Shown one piece after another: positions 1 to 9,992 of a stretch of DNA of 64,000 nucleotides. The stretch's first letter is position 1. Each line of letters begins with the position of its first letter. The notes under the pieces were generated by a model. That model was not told where the DNA came from, searched no databases, and worked only from the letters and a program-made list of their open reading frames with translations. The translations under genes were made by a program, and so were the position numbers. The DNA is from Limisphaerales bacterium (GTDB lineage: Bacteria; Verrucomicrobiota; Verrucomicrobiia; Limisphaerales; JAJOIW01), in NCBI GenBank assembly GCA_965657355.1, contig CBFHOE010000006.1, positions 239,217-303,216 of the forward strand, written 5' to 3'.

Positions 1-755
1 ACGTCATTCCCAACGGGATACCGAGGAAAGGCGAAATACTAACGCAAATTTCTAATTTTTGGTTTAAGCATTTGGAAGAGATTGTTCCTAATCATTTGAT
101 TGATATTTCAGACTTACCGCAATACGACCAGATTTTCGTTCAAAATGCCTCAATGCTTAATGGTCGCTCCGTCGTTGTTAAAAAATGCCAACCGCTGGCC
201 ATTGAATGCGTGGTTCGTGGATATCTCACTGGGTCGGGGCTTTCAGATTACAAAAAAACTGGAACAATATGTAGCCTCAAGCTTCCCGAAGGACTGAAAA
301 ATGGCTCGCGTTTGCCAGAGCCGGTCTTCACACCGGCGACCAAGGCAGAAGAGGGTCATGATGAGAATATCTCATTTCTCCAAGCAAAAGAAATAGTTGG
401 TGATGAGATTGCAGAACGTGTTAAGGAACTCAGTCTTACATTGTATTCTACTGCTCACGACTATGCATTGAGCAAAGGTATTATCATAGCCGATACTAAA
501 TTTGAGTTTGGAATGTTTGATGGGGAGCTTCTTTTAATTGATGAAGTCATCACGCCTGATTCTAGTCGCTTTTGGCCAGCCCAATGTTTAATGGAGGGAG
601 TCCCGATTCAATATAGCTTTGATAAGCAAATTGTTCGGAATTATCTTTTGTCCACTGAATGGGATAAAAATAGTCCTCCTCCACCACTTCCTGAAAAACT
701 CGTTTCGAACTTGTCCTCTATTTACCAGTTCGTCTACCAACTACTGACTTCTTAA
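1..755 (+). CDS. purC: SAICAR synthase, 5'-truncated by the window edge
   Basis: Frame is open from position 3 (VIPNGIPRKGEILTQISNFWF). Motifs ECVVRGYLTGSG, FTPATKAEEGHDEN, ADTKFEFG, DEVITPDSSRFW. Confidence 0.95.
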   Translation, partial: VIPNGIPRKGEILTQISNFWFKHLEEIVPNHLIDISDLPQYDQIFVQNASMLNGRSVVVKKCQPLAIECVVRGYLTGSGLSDYKKTGTICSLKLPEGLKNGSRLPEPVFTPATKAEEGHDENISFLQAKEIVGDEIAERVKELSLTLYSTAHDYALSKGIIIADTKFEFGMFDGELLLIDEVITPDSSRFWPAQCLMEGVPIQYSFDKQIVRNYLLSTEWDKNSPPPPLPEKLVSNLSSIYQFVYQLLTS

Positions 756-917
756 AATCTCTTCAGAGCAAAAGCTGTTGGGGGATTTCAATGGGTTGGT
801 ATTCAGCATAAAAACAGCCTCATGCCGAAATCATACACAGCCTCATGCGAGACTAAGATGCAATTGGATATCGATTACAGCAAAGGCTACGCTTTCCATT
901 TCGCGTGGGACAAAGCT

Positions 918-2006
918 TTAGATTTCTGAGAGCGATTGGTCGAGTGCTTTGTAGACTTGGTCCATGGATTCGTCGGTTTCATCACCCATGTTAGAAATTC
1001 GGAAAGTTTTCCCTTTGATTTTCCCATAACCTCCATCAATCACGAACCCTTTTTCAAGCATTGCCTTTTGAAGAGAGGGGACATCAATGATTCTTCCTCC
1101 CTCATTTTGTCCATTGTTTATACAAGTAAGGCTTAATGATTCATATCCCTCTTGTGGAAATAAGGTGAAGCCATTCGTCTTTGCCCAATCTCTGGTCTTG
1201 TTGACGAGTCTGAGATGTCTTGCATAACGATTCTCGAGACCTTCCTCGAAGATTTCCTGTAATTTAGACCGAAGGCCGTAAATGTGACTAATACTTGGAG
1301 TACTCGGAGTCATATTTTTTTCGGCATTCTTTTGAAATTCACAAATGTCGAAGTAATACCCCCGATCGTTCATCGTTGACGCCTTTTCGAGTGCAGACTG
1401 AGAACATACAAAAACAGCGATACCTGGAGGGAGAGCTAATGCCTTCTGACATCCCGCCAGAAGAAGGTCGATACCTAACTTATCAAATTCAATGGGCGTC
1501 ACACTCATTGAGCTAACGGAATCAACAATAAAACTAACCTCGGGGTATTTTTGTTTCAGAGCACTGATCTCTTCAAGCGGCATCATGGTGCCCGTCGAAG
1601 TTTCATTATGAACGAGTGTCAGAGCATCAAATTCACCAGATGATAATTTTTCATCGATCATCTCAGGCAAGATTGCTTTTCCCCAGTCTACTTTGAGGGG
1701 TTCAGCTTCCTTTCCACATCGCTGACTCACATCATACCATTTATCACTAAACGCACCAGCCATACAGTTGAGGACCTTTTTGGAAACCAAATTTCTAATA
1801 GCTCCTTCCATGACGCCCCAAGCCGATGAAGTGCTTATGAAAACGAGTCTCTCTGTGAACAGCAATTTCTGGAGCATTGGTTGAGCATCGCCATACAAAG
1901 ACTGAAAGTCTTTACTGCGATGGCCAATCATTGGAGTGGTCATGGCCTGCCAAGTTTTTTCGTTCACTTCAACAGGTCCAGGTATGTATAGTTTGTTATG
2001 TGACAT
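918..2006 (-). CDS. Class V PLP aminotransferase (alanine-glyoxylate/serine-pyruvate type)
   Basis: IPGP, HRS, VHNETSTG, VDSVSS, GCQKAL (PLP lysine), FRISNMG. Confidence 0.9.
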   Translation of the reverse strand: MSHNKLYIPGPVEVNEKTWQAMTTPMIGHRSKDFQSLYGDAQPMLQKLLFTERLVFISTSSAWGVMEGAIRNLVSKKVLNCMAGAFSDKWYDVSQRCGKEAEPLKVDWGKAILPEMIDEKLSSGEFDALTLVHNETSTGTMMPLEEISALKQKYPEVSFIVDSVSSMSVTPIEFDKLGIDLLLAGCQKALALPPGIAVFVCSQSALEKASTMNDRGYYFDICEFQKNAEKNMTPSTPSISHIYGLRSKLQEIFEEGLENRYARHLRLVNKTRDWAKTNGFTLFPQEGYESLSLTCINNGQNEGGRIIDVPSLQKAMLEKGFVIDGGYGKIKGKTFRISNMGDETDESMDQVYKALDQSLSEI

Positions 2007-2111
2007 TTATTATTACAAATTGTAGATCAGGAATTTGGAATACTTCTCCCTAACCTCGAGAAACCTTTCACAAGCTATCGGGAACTTCAAGTACGTGTCT
2101 AACAAAAATTC

Positions 2112-2912
2112 ATGAAAGAGGAAGATTTTCATCCAAACAACAATCTGATGCTTGTAAAAAAGCTCCACCAAAATGGTTTTGTGAAGCTGCCTTGTTATCT
2201 CAATAGAACGCGATTGAAGGATCTTCAAGAAACCACAAAAAGGCTTTATTCACAGGAAGGAAAACAAGCAGGCGCTGAGTTTAAAACGGAGCCAGGGAGT
2301 ATTCGTCTGGCCAATCTCGTTCAGAAGTCTGAAATTTTCCGTGATCTCATCGTCGATCCGATTGTTTTGGCCTGGGTTGAAATTGTCATTGGTCGTGAAT
2401 TTAAGCTAAGCAGTCTGAATGCTAGAAAGGCCCTGCCCCATAATAAAGTTTCTCAACCTCTGCACTGCGACATGGGAGCCATTCCTGACAAAGCAGGATT
2501 TTGGGTGTGCAATTCAATATGGATGCTCGATGAATTTCGTGAAGATAATGGCCCAACTCGTGTCGTCCCTGGGTCTCATTTGATTGGTCAGTTACCGACC
2601 AAGCAAATTCTTTCCCAATATAATGCGGTCAACAATGAAGAGTCGGTTCTAGGTCCCGTCGGTTCGGTTGTCATAATGAACGCACATCTATGGCACGGGG
2701 GAGGGGAAAATAAATCTCCCTTCTCAAGAACCGCACTCCATTCTTTTTATGTCAGGCGAGATAAACCTCAGCAACAATACCAAAAAGAACTTTTAACAAG
2801 AGAGGTTCAAAATTCGCTCAGTGAGAAGCAGCGTTGGATCTTGGCTCTTGATGATTCCTTGAATGATGAGCTTGCAGGCTCGGATGCGCCTCGCAGTGGA
2901 TTCATGGAGTAA
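2112..2912 (+). CDS. Phytanoyl-CoA dioxygenase (PhyH) family Fe(II)/2OG dioxygenase
   Basis: HCD...LWHGGG metal triad, NGPTRVVPGSH, terminal Arg (SRTAL). Confidence 0.85.
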   Translation: MKEEDFHPNNNLMLVKKLHQNGFVKLPCYLNRTRLKDLQETTKRLYSQEGKQAGAEFKTEPGSIRLANLVQKSEIFRDLIVDPIVLAWVEIVIGREFKLSSLNARKALPHNKVSQPLHCDMGAIPDKAGFWVCNSIWMLDEFREDNGPTRVVPGSHLIGQLPTKQILSQYNAVNNEESVLGPVGSVVIMNAHLWHGGGENKSPFSRTALHSFYVRRDKPQQQYQKELLTREVQNSLSEKQRWILALDDSLNDELAGSDAPRSGFME

Positions 2913-2994
2913 TGAATTCTTGATCGCTCGCCCATTTGAAATTCATAAATTGATTAGACTAGGGGTTTTTGCTGAATGACGTTTTTAACCAAAT

Positions 2995-3030
2995 AAAAAA
3001 CCGGCACTCATATTCATAAGCGCCGGTTTT
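2995..3030 (-). terminator. Rho-independent terminator of the PSD1-DUF1501 operon (possibly bidirectional)
   Basis: Minus strand AAAACCGGCGCT-loop-AGTGCCGGTTTTTT: stem with one G-U pair, then a U tract, about 20 nt after the DUF1501 stop. Confidence 0.75.
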
Positions 3031-3049
3031 ACGATTTAGATGGGTTAAA

Positions 3050-4504
3050 TTAAATTATGGGAGCGAATGGGTCTGCCCCTTCGACGCCAACTAGTTTTTG
3101 GTCTAATCCATTATAGAAATAGCTCAGGTTATTTGGATCGAGGCCCAATTGGTTAAGAACCGTTGCGTGAAGATTTTTCACGTGATAACGATTAGAAACT
3201 GCTCTACTGCCGAGCTCATCGGTTTCCCCAATGCTTCGGCCACCTTGGATACCACCACCAGCCATCCACATTGTAAACCCGTATGAATTATGGTCTCGGC
3301 CTGTTCCTTTTGCATATTCAGCTGTCGGCTGCCTTCCAAATTCTCCACCCCACACGATAAGTGTTTCGTCGAGCATACCTCTTTGCTTCAAGTCTTTGAT
3401 AAGGCCCGCAATAGGTTTGTCTGTGTTGCCTGCGTGATAATCATGGTTTCTTTTCAGATCACCATGCGCATCCCAATTGGAGTCATTATGAGCTCCACCA
3501 GAATAAATCTGAATGAATCGAACGCCTCTTTCAACGAGTCTTCGTGCTAGAAGACACTTCCTACCAAAATCCTCCGTTCTGGATTGATCCATTCCATACA
3601 GTTGCTTGATATGCTCTGGTTCTGAATCCACATCAATGGCTTCAGGGGCTGTGGATTGCATATTGTAGGCAAGTTCGTAGCTGGCGATTCGAGCCGCCAA
3701 ATTTGAGTTATCAAATCGAGTTTTTAGATGGCCCTCGTTCATAGATTTCAAGGTATCCAACAAGGTTCTTTGCTCGACTCGCGGCATGTTTGCGGAATTT
3801 TTCAGGTTCAGAATGGGCTCCCCTTTAGAACGAAAGACAGTCCCTTGGTATGATGCTGGCATATAGCCACTAGACCAATTCTTGGCACCAGAAATCGGAC
3901 CTCCTGTTTTGTCAAGCATGACGACATATCCCGGAAGATTTGCATTCATTGAGCCCAATCCATAATTCACCCAAGACCCTAGTGACGGTTTGCCACTTTG
4001 TAATGATCCTGAGTTCATCATTAGCATCGCCGAACCGTGGATTGGTGAATCGGCTGTCATCGATTTGATAAAGGCCATGTCATCGACACATGTCGCCAGG
4101 TGAGGAAAGAGGTCGGAGACCATTTTGCCGCTTTGCCCGTATGGCTTAAATGACCATTTTGGACCAACAACTCGGCCTTTATTTTTTTTCCCACCCCGAC
4201 CAAATGTTTTCACATCTATAGTTTTACCGTCGAGAGGGTAGAGGTTTGGTTTGTAGTCAAATGTGTCCACATGACTTGGGCCGCCATACATAAACAAGAA
4301 AATGACACTTTTGGCTTTCGCCTTGGCCATGGGGTCTTTGGGGGCAAGTGGGTTAGCTAATTCGGAGGCCATAGCGGATTTAAAAAATCCATCATTGGCT
4401 AGCATCCCTGTGAGCGCTACTGAGGCAAAACCCCCCGATATATTATGAAGAAATTCTCTGCGTGTTCTTCCGCAAAAATTTCCAGGTGTTCCTATTTTGC
4501 TCAT
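3050..4504 (-). CDS. DUF1501 family protein (Tat-exported, PVC type)
   Basis: TRREFL Tat motif, AKSVIFLFMYGGPSHVDTFD, LARRLVERGVRFIQ, WDAH, WGGEFGR, GRDHN. Confidence 0.92.
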   Translation of the reverse strand: MSKIGTPGNFCGRTRREFLHNISGGFASVALTGMLANDGFFKSAMASELANPLAPKDPMAKAKAKSVIFLFMYGGPSHVDTFDYKPNLYPLDGKTIDVKTFGRGGKKNKGRVVGPKWSFKPYGQSGKMVSDLFPHLATCVDDMAFIKSMTADSPIHGSAMLMMNSGSLQSGKPSLGSWVNYGLGSMNANLPGYVVMLDKTGGPISGAKNWSSGYMPASYQGTVFRSKGEPILNLKNSANMPRVEQRTLLDTLKSMNEGHLKTRFDNSNLAARIASYELAYNMQSTAPEAIDVDSEPEHIKQLYGMDQSRTEDFGRKCLLARRLVERGVRFIQIYSGGAHNDSNWDAHGDLKRNHDYHAGNTDKPIAGLIKDLKQRGMLDETLIVWGGEFGRQPTAEYAKGTGRDHNSYGFTMWMAGGGIQGGRSIGETDELGSRAVSNRYHVKNLHATVLNQLGLDPNNLSYFYNGLDQKLVGVEGADPFAPII

Positions 4505-4560
4505 AATTTGCTTCGTCTTATTCTCTATTACTGTGGTGTTGCTTAATAAATTGATTTTAA

Positions 4561-7500
4561 TTAATCGATATAAACAAACTCATTCAAGTTAAGGATGAGG
4601 AGGCACAAACGTTGGAGAGCTTCCTTATCATCGAGTCCATTTTCCGTCTTCAATTTCTCTACAAAATTTTTGCACTCTTTGAGTTCCCATGTCTCCGGAG
4701 AACGACTCAAAGCTGTTTTTAGCGCGTAATTAATATGCTTGTCGGTCAGCCCGCCTCCAGCCTCTCGCGCAACCCTGTCAGCGAAATCACTGGCCTGGCG
4801 AGTAATAAACTCTGAGTTGAGTGATCCCAATGCTTGGGTCGGCACAGTGGTTACAAATCGAACCGGGCAAGGTGCGTCCGTATCAGCAAAATCAAAATCG
4901 ATCAATTCCGGGACCTGTAAAGATCGCTTAATTTTTATATAAATACTCCTGCGGCCAAGTTGGTTTTCATCCGAGCGGCCCCATTTTCCACCTTTTGTTG
5001 AAGAGGTGGCTAAGATGGCTTCAGGAAGAATTGGGAAAAAGCTTGGACCACCTTTTTCAAGGCTCAATTTCCCCGTGGTTGCCAAAATGGCATCGCGTAT
5101 TTCTTCGGCATCCAAACGGCGCATATTCATTCTCCAAAAGTTGTTGTTGGCTGGATCTTTTTCCAGAGAATCGGTACTTGGAGCGGAGGACATTTGGTAA
5201 GTGTTAGATGTCATAATGAGTTTATGAAGTCTTTTCAAACTCCACCCTTGAGCAACAAACTCACTGGCTAACCAGTCGAGGAGTTTTGGGTGAGTAGGTT
5301 GTTGGCCCAAAGTTCCGAAATCACTTGGGGTGGCTGTGATGCCGCGGCCAAAATGGCGTTGCCAGATGCGGTTTACGGCGACTCTGGACGTTCTTGGGTT
5401 GTCCGGAAGTGAAAGCCATTTAGCAAGTGCGCTTCTTCTGCCGCTAGACTTGGCTCTCGAGCTGACTGCCTTCAGCGCCGGGTCCTGGTAACCAAATATG
5501 GCCGGGAAGCCGGGTTCAACTTTGTCACCTGGGGAGTGAGCAGAACCCCTGACGTGCACATGCAAGTCTTTTGGGGTTCCTCCATACTCTTGGACAACCA
5601 TCGCTTTAATTCCCGAGGTAAATTTCTGGTTCTGTAATCGCTTAAGTGCTTCTTTGTTATTTTTATGATTTGCCAATTTTTTTTCTGATAAGACCTCTTT
5701 GCCTCTGAGGTCAATCAACTCAGCAATGGTGACGGCTCTGTCGACTATTTTAAGACCTGCATCGATAAACTGGCCGCCACTTGTATTTTTACAATGAACT
5801 GCTAGGGTGTTTCGCCCTGTTTGAAAAGCGCCGAGGGCATCCGGTGTGAGAAGCTTACTTTGATAGCTTGTCACGTAACCATTCAAGTCGGCAATCTTTT
5901 GTCCATTCAAATAAACCTCCGTATCCTCATCCCACATGACGCGTAATTCAACGGCTGATGGGATTTCGGTAAGCATGAATGACGTGCGTAACCAGATATC
6001 TCCGCCAGTCCATGACGTGTTATCCTTTTTTCCTCCTGGTCTTCCATTACCGAAAGGTGCAGGAGCTGACTTCCATTTCTCCTCGTGCCTGAAAGAAACC
6101 TCAAACCAATCGTTGCTTGGCTTTTTGAGAGTGTAGTGCCATTTGTGTGGTTTCTTTTCCGAAGTTGCCAGTATGACAGGATTTTCTACACGGTCTGGAT
6201 TGAGAAGCTTTGCGATCGATGGGTCTTTTTCAATAAATAATTTCTCAGCTTGTTTTTCGAAATTAGCGATTCTTTTCTTAAGCTGTTCTTGTTGCTTGGC
6301 ATTATTTTGTTTTTGTTCTTCTGCAAGAGCCTCTGCCTTTGCGTCTGGTATTGTCTCGATGACATTGTTTTTGGAATGGTTAGTAACACCGTGGAAAAAT
6401 GCCATAAACTTGTAGTAGTCTTCTTGTGGGATGGGGTCGGCTTTGTGATCGTGACACCGTGCGCATCCCAGGGTCATTCCGAGAAAACCTTCTGACGTTG
6501 TCCGCACAATATCGTCCAGAACATCATACTTGTGTTGGAGGCGGTCAGCTGGCTCGTCATCCCATTGCATGAGCCTTAAATATCCTGTAGCTATTCGAGA
6601 GTCTTTTGAAGGGTCTTTTAGTTCATCGCCGGCAATTTGCTCGGTCATGAATTGATTCCAGGGAATGTCACGATTAAATGAATCAATGACGTAGTCTCTG
6701 TATCTCCAGATAAAATCCTTGTTTGAGTCGCGTTCGAATCCATTACTTTCGGCGTATCTCACTACATCGAGCCAATGGCGCGCCCATTTTTCTCCATATT
6801 CTGGTCGAGCTAGAAGATCATCGATGAGATTTTCCCAAGCTTTGGGAGAATCATCATTTTCGAATGCCTTCACCTGGCCCGCTGTTGGGGGCAGTCCTAT
6901 GAGATTGAAATAAGCTCTTCTTATGAGTTCGCGTTTTGATGCTTTTGGATTTGGCTTGAGATCATTATTGGTCAGCTGATCAAAAATGAACGCATCGATT
7001 GGATGTTCTACCCAAGAGTTCTCTCCGAGTTTGGGAGCCTCCGGGCGTCTCAATGGCTTATTTGACCACCACTGTTTTGCTTCTTCCGAAACAACTCCCG
7101 GCTCAAAGGCCCCGTTTTTCTCTTTTTCAATGACCACCAGATCATTGATGGTGCTTTCTTCCCAAGGGAGCCCCATTGAAACCCACTTTGTTATGATAGC
7201 AATTTTTTCATCGGAGAGCTTCCCATCGGGCGGCATTTCATAATCAGTGCCCGAATAACTGATCATCTTGAGGATCCTGCTCTGTTCTGGATTTTTGCTA
7301 TCGTATGCCGGGCCGTGGTCGCCGCCGATTAGCATTCCTTTTCGGCTAATAAGCTGGAGGCCGCTTTTTATTTTGTGTTTCCCGTTGCTGCCGACCCCCC
7401 CGTGGCATTTAAAACAGTGCTCCTTAAGTATTGGTTTAACCTTATCCTGGAAAAATTTGCGTTCATCCTGGTTGAAAGAAGGGTGGCTGATCTCTGCGCT

Positions 7501-7641
7501 TGTCTCAGCTGCTTGGAGCAAACCCGAGCATAGCATAACCGAAATGAGCAAAAGGCGACTAAGACTTGTCGAAAGAAATCTTGATCTAAAATCTAGTAAA
7601 CAGATCATCATTTTTGACTTTTTTAAGATATTTGGAATCAT
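4561..7641 (-). CDS. PSD1/planctomycete cytochrome c protein (PSCyt1-DUF1549-DUF1553) with an inserted galactose-binding-like domain; true start may be about 7611
   Basis: CFKCH and CARCH haem motifs, HPIDAFI, YGEKWARHWLDVVRYAES, VNRIWQRHFGRG, HPKLLDWLA, RRLDAEEIRD, LNLNEFVYID. Confidence 0.92.
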   Translation of the reverse strand: MIPNILKKSKMMICLLDFRSRFLSTSLSRLLLISVMLCSGLLQAAETSAEISHPSFNQDERKFFQDKVKPILKEHCFKCHGGVGSNGKHKIKSGLQLISRKGMLIGGDHGPAYDSKNPEQSRILKMISYSGTDYEMPPDGKLSDEKIAIITKWVSMGLPWEESTINDLVVIEKEKNGAFEPGVVSEEAKQWWSNKPLRRPEAPKLGENSWVEHPIDAFIFDQLTNNDLKPNPKASKRELIRRAYFNLIGLPPTAGQVKAFENDDSPKAWENLIDDLLARPEYGEKWARHWLDVVRYAESNGFERDSNKDFIWRYRDYVIDSFNRDIPWNQFMTEQIAGDELKDPSKDSRIATGYLRLMQWDDEPADRLQHKYDVLDDIVRTTSEGFLGMTLGCARCHDHKADPIPQEDYYKFMAFFHGVTNHSKNNVIETIPDAKAEALAEEQKQNNAKQQEQLKKRIANFEKQAEKLFIEKDPSIAKLLNPDRVENPVILATSEKKPHKWHYTLKKPSNDWFEVSFRHEEKWKSAPAPFGNGRPGGKKDNTSWTGGDIWLRTSFMLTEIPSAVELRVMWDEDTEVYLNGQKIADLNGYVTSYQSKLLTPDALGAFQTGRNTLAVHCKNTSGGQFIDAGLKIVDRAVTIAELIDLRGKEVLSEKKLANHKNNKEALKRLQNQKFTSGIKAMVVQEYGGTPKDLHVHVRGSAHSPGDKVEPGFPAIFGYQDPALKAVSSRAKSSGRRSALAKWLSLPDNPRTSRVAVNRIWQRHFGRGITATPSDFGTLGQQPTHPKLLDWLASEFVAQGWSLKRLHKLIMTSNTYQMSSAPSTDSLEKDPANNNFWRMNMRRLDAEEIRDAILATTGKLSLEKGGPSFFPILPEAILATSSTKGGKWGRSDENQLGRRSIYIKIKRSLQVPELIDFDFADTDAPCPVRFVTTVPTQALGSLNSEFITRQASDFADRVAREAGGGLTDKHINYALKTALSRSPETWELKECKNFVEKLKTENGLDDKEALQRLCLLILNLNEFVYID

Positions 7642-7671
7642 CTATTTTAATATTTCTTTGATTCTAAAGCA

Positions 7672-8562
7672 ATGGCTGACTTCGCCAAAAACATAACAGA
7701 TAAGTGCATAATCCCAAAGACCTGCAGAGAAAGATTTCTCCCACTCAGGCCATCTTCCCAGCCTGGAAATCCTCTTTCTCATGCCGGGGTCTTCTTCTCT
7801 GGCATTAGTGATTTAGCTGGCGGATACCGTATTTCCAGAAAGTCTACCGAATTCCATTTGGTTATTATCGGAATAGGCGGTCGTGGTGTTTTCGAAACAG
7901 AAAATCTCAACGGAAGTATTGAACCAGGTGACATCTTTATATGCCCTTCAGGCTTTCCACATCGATACAGTGCGGACGGCCCCTGGAAAATTCTATTTTT
8001 TCACATCCATGCAAAAGATCATGCATTTGAAGGTTCTTTCCAAAATGTTCAGCTCGGTATTTCTAATTCCTCTGCGCAATTGGAGAATTCGATGATATGG
8101 CTCATAAATGAGAATCAAAGGAATGGTATCCATTCCAAAGATCTTTATCATCATCATGCCAAGATTACTTTCTTGTGCTTGGATCGAGAGCTGAAAAATG
8201 CTGCTTCGCCAGAACTCGCTCGAACCCATAACAAACTTGATGGGCTCTGGCAGGAGGTTAGTGAAAGTTTAGCTGTCCACTGGAGCCTGAGGTCTTTGGC
8301 TGAAAGAATGCATATATCCACGGCCCAGTTGCGTCGGGTAGTCCAGGCTCACCACCAAATGGCACCTATGGAAATGGTTCAGGCTTTAAGGATTCAAAAG
8401 GCCCAACAGCTTCTGAAAACGACCGATGACTCATTGGAAAGTATAGCCGAACGCGTCGGTTACCTCTCTCCCTTTTCGTTTTCTCGAGCTTTTAAAAAAT
8501 CAACGGGTGTAAGCCCCAGAGGCTACAGGACAAAAACGAAGGAAAATCCCTATTTTATTTAA
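7672..8562 (+). CDS. AraC family transcriptional regulator
   Basis: N-terminal cupin-like domain and C-terminal HTH (IAERVGYLSPFSFSRAFKKSTGVSPRGYR); divergent from the PSD1 gene. Confidence 0.92.
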   Translation: MADFAKNITDKCIIPKTCRERFLPLRPSSQPGNPLSHAGVFFSGISDLAGGYRISRKSTEFHLVIIGIGGRGVFETENLNGSIEPGDIFICPSGFPHRYSADGPWKILFFHIHAKDHAFEGSFQNVQLGISNSSAQLENSMIWLINENQRNGIHSKDLYHHHAKITFLCLDRELKNAASPELARTHNKLDGLWQEVSESLAVHWSLRSLAERMHISTAQLRRVVQAHHQMAPMEMVQALRIQKAQQLLKTTDDSLESIAERVGYLSPFSFSRAFKKSTGVSPRGYRTKTKENPYFI

Positions 8563-8584
8563 AATCGATAAATTCTAAATAGGA

Positions 8585-9064
8585 TTACGGAGTCACAGGT
8601 AAGCGCGTCGGATTGTCAGGTGAGGCAAATAGGATACCATTCTCTTTATAGGGCCGCAGGATAAAATGTGTGGCAGTCGACACGACACCTTCAAGGGTTG
8701 AAAGTTTTTCTGCAACGAAAGAAGCTACTTCTTGTAATGAAGAACCTTCCAAGATCACGAGTAAGTCATAGGCACCCGACATCAGATAACAGGCCTGGAC
8801 TTGGTCAAAGCGTGCAATTCTTGAGGCGTATCTATCAAACCCTCCCTGCCTTTCAGGGGTTAACTTAACTTCAATCGCTGCGGTGACTATATCGCCCTGG
8901 GTATGATTAGGATGTATTAAAGTATGGGAGCCAAGGATAACTCCTTCGTCTCGGTATTTGTTTAATTTTTCCTCAACTTCATTCACCGAGAGATCCAACC
9001 TCTTGGCAAGGTCATCAGGTGATAAAGAAGCGTCATTTTTTAGCAATCTCAGTAAATCGTCCAT
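8585..9064 (-). CDS. Lrp/AsnC family transcriptional regulator
   Basis: N-terminal wHTH (LAKRLDLS), CYLMSGAYDLLV ligand-binding domain, GVVSTATHF. Confidence 0.9.
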   Translation of the reverse strand: MDDLLRLLKNDASLSPDDLAKRLDLSVNEVEEKLNKYRDEGVILGSHTLIHPNHTQGDIVTAAIEVKLTPERQGGFDRYASRIARFDQVQACYLMSGAYDLLVILEGSSLQEVASFVAEKLSTLEGVVSTATHFILRPYKENGILFASPDNPTRLPVTP

Positions 9065-9107
9065 AGTTCAAATAAAGGATAAATGAATATTTCATGTATA
9101 CCAGCGA

Positions 9108-9812
9108 CTAATCGCAGAAGTCTTGGATGGAATTATAGATATTTTCTGCAGCTTCAGCCGGGTTGGGAGCTGCATAAATGGGTCTGCCAATAACGAGGTA
9201 ATCTGCTCCAAGTCGTAGCGCCTCTTCTGGGCTCATAATTCTTTTTTGATCATCGGACGAAGCAGAGGGCGGTCGGATTCCGGGGGTGACTAACTTGACA
9301 TCATTCGGGATATTTTTTCTAAGCGTCTCAATTTCAAGGGGGGAGCAGACCAGACCTTTAAGCCCCGAATCGACCGCAAGCTTTGCCAAAAGTAAAACCT
9401 GTTTATCTATATCCAAGCTCAAACCTGTTTCACTTAACTGAGCTTGGTTAAAACTCGTGAGAACAGTGACCCCTAGCACTAGCGGTGGGCTACCAATGGC
9501 TGACTCTTGTGATGACTTAAGTGCATTTTCCATCATTTGGCGTCCGCCAGAGACGTGTATTGTGAGCATCTGGACATCCAATGCAGCAGCAGCAGCTATG
9601 GCTTTTGAAACGGTATTGGGAATGTCGTAGAATTTGAGGTCCAGAAAAACTTGAGCTCCCGTGGCACGGACACTTTTGACTATTTCAGGACCACATTTAG
9701 TGAACAATTCACTACCAATTTTGTAGGTTCCGACCCTATTCCCGACGGTTTCGATAAGTTTTTTAGCTTCGGACTCTGATGGAACGTCAACGGCAAGGAT
9801 AATAGGATTCAT
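9108..9812 (-). CDS. pyrF: Orotidine-5'-phosphate decarboxylase
   Basis: YKIG, FLDLKFYDIPNT, GVTVLTS, VTPGIRP, DDQKR, VIGRPI. Confidence 0.97.
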   Translation of the reverse strand: MNPIILAVDVPSESEAKKLIETVGNRVGTYKIGSELFTKCGPEIVKSVRATGAQVFLDLKFYDIPNTVSKAIAAAAALDVQMLTIHVSGGRQMMENALKSSQESAIGSPPLVLGVTVLTSFNQAQLSETGLSLDIDKQVLLLAKLAVDSGLKGLVCSPLEIETLRKNIPNDVKLVTPGIRPPSASSDDQKRIMSPEEALRLGADYLVIGRPIYAAPNPAEAAENIYNSIQDFCD

Positions 9813-9992
9813 GGATCAAACTCGGTAATTATAGCGACTGTACTACCATTTTTGTGTGTGATGTGGTTCCTGGTCAAAGAAAAAGGAATTTTTGACCCCC
9901 TAATTTTCATAAATTAATGAGAATGATGGATTTAGGGGTTTTGAGAAATCGCCGATTTATTTCGAGGTAAGGACAGTGTCATTTTTCGTGAT

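Noticed and set aside
814..848. Mini CRISPR array
   Set aside because: Only two 12-bp units with an 11-bp spacer, and no cas genes.
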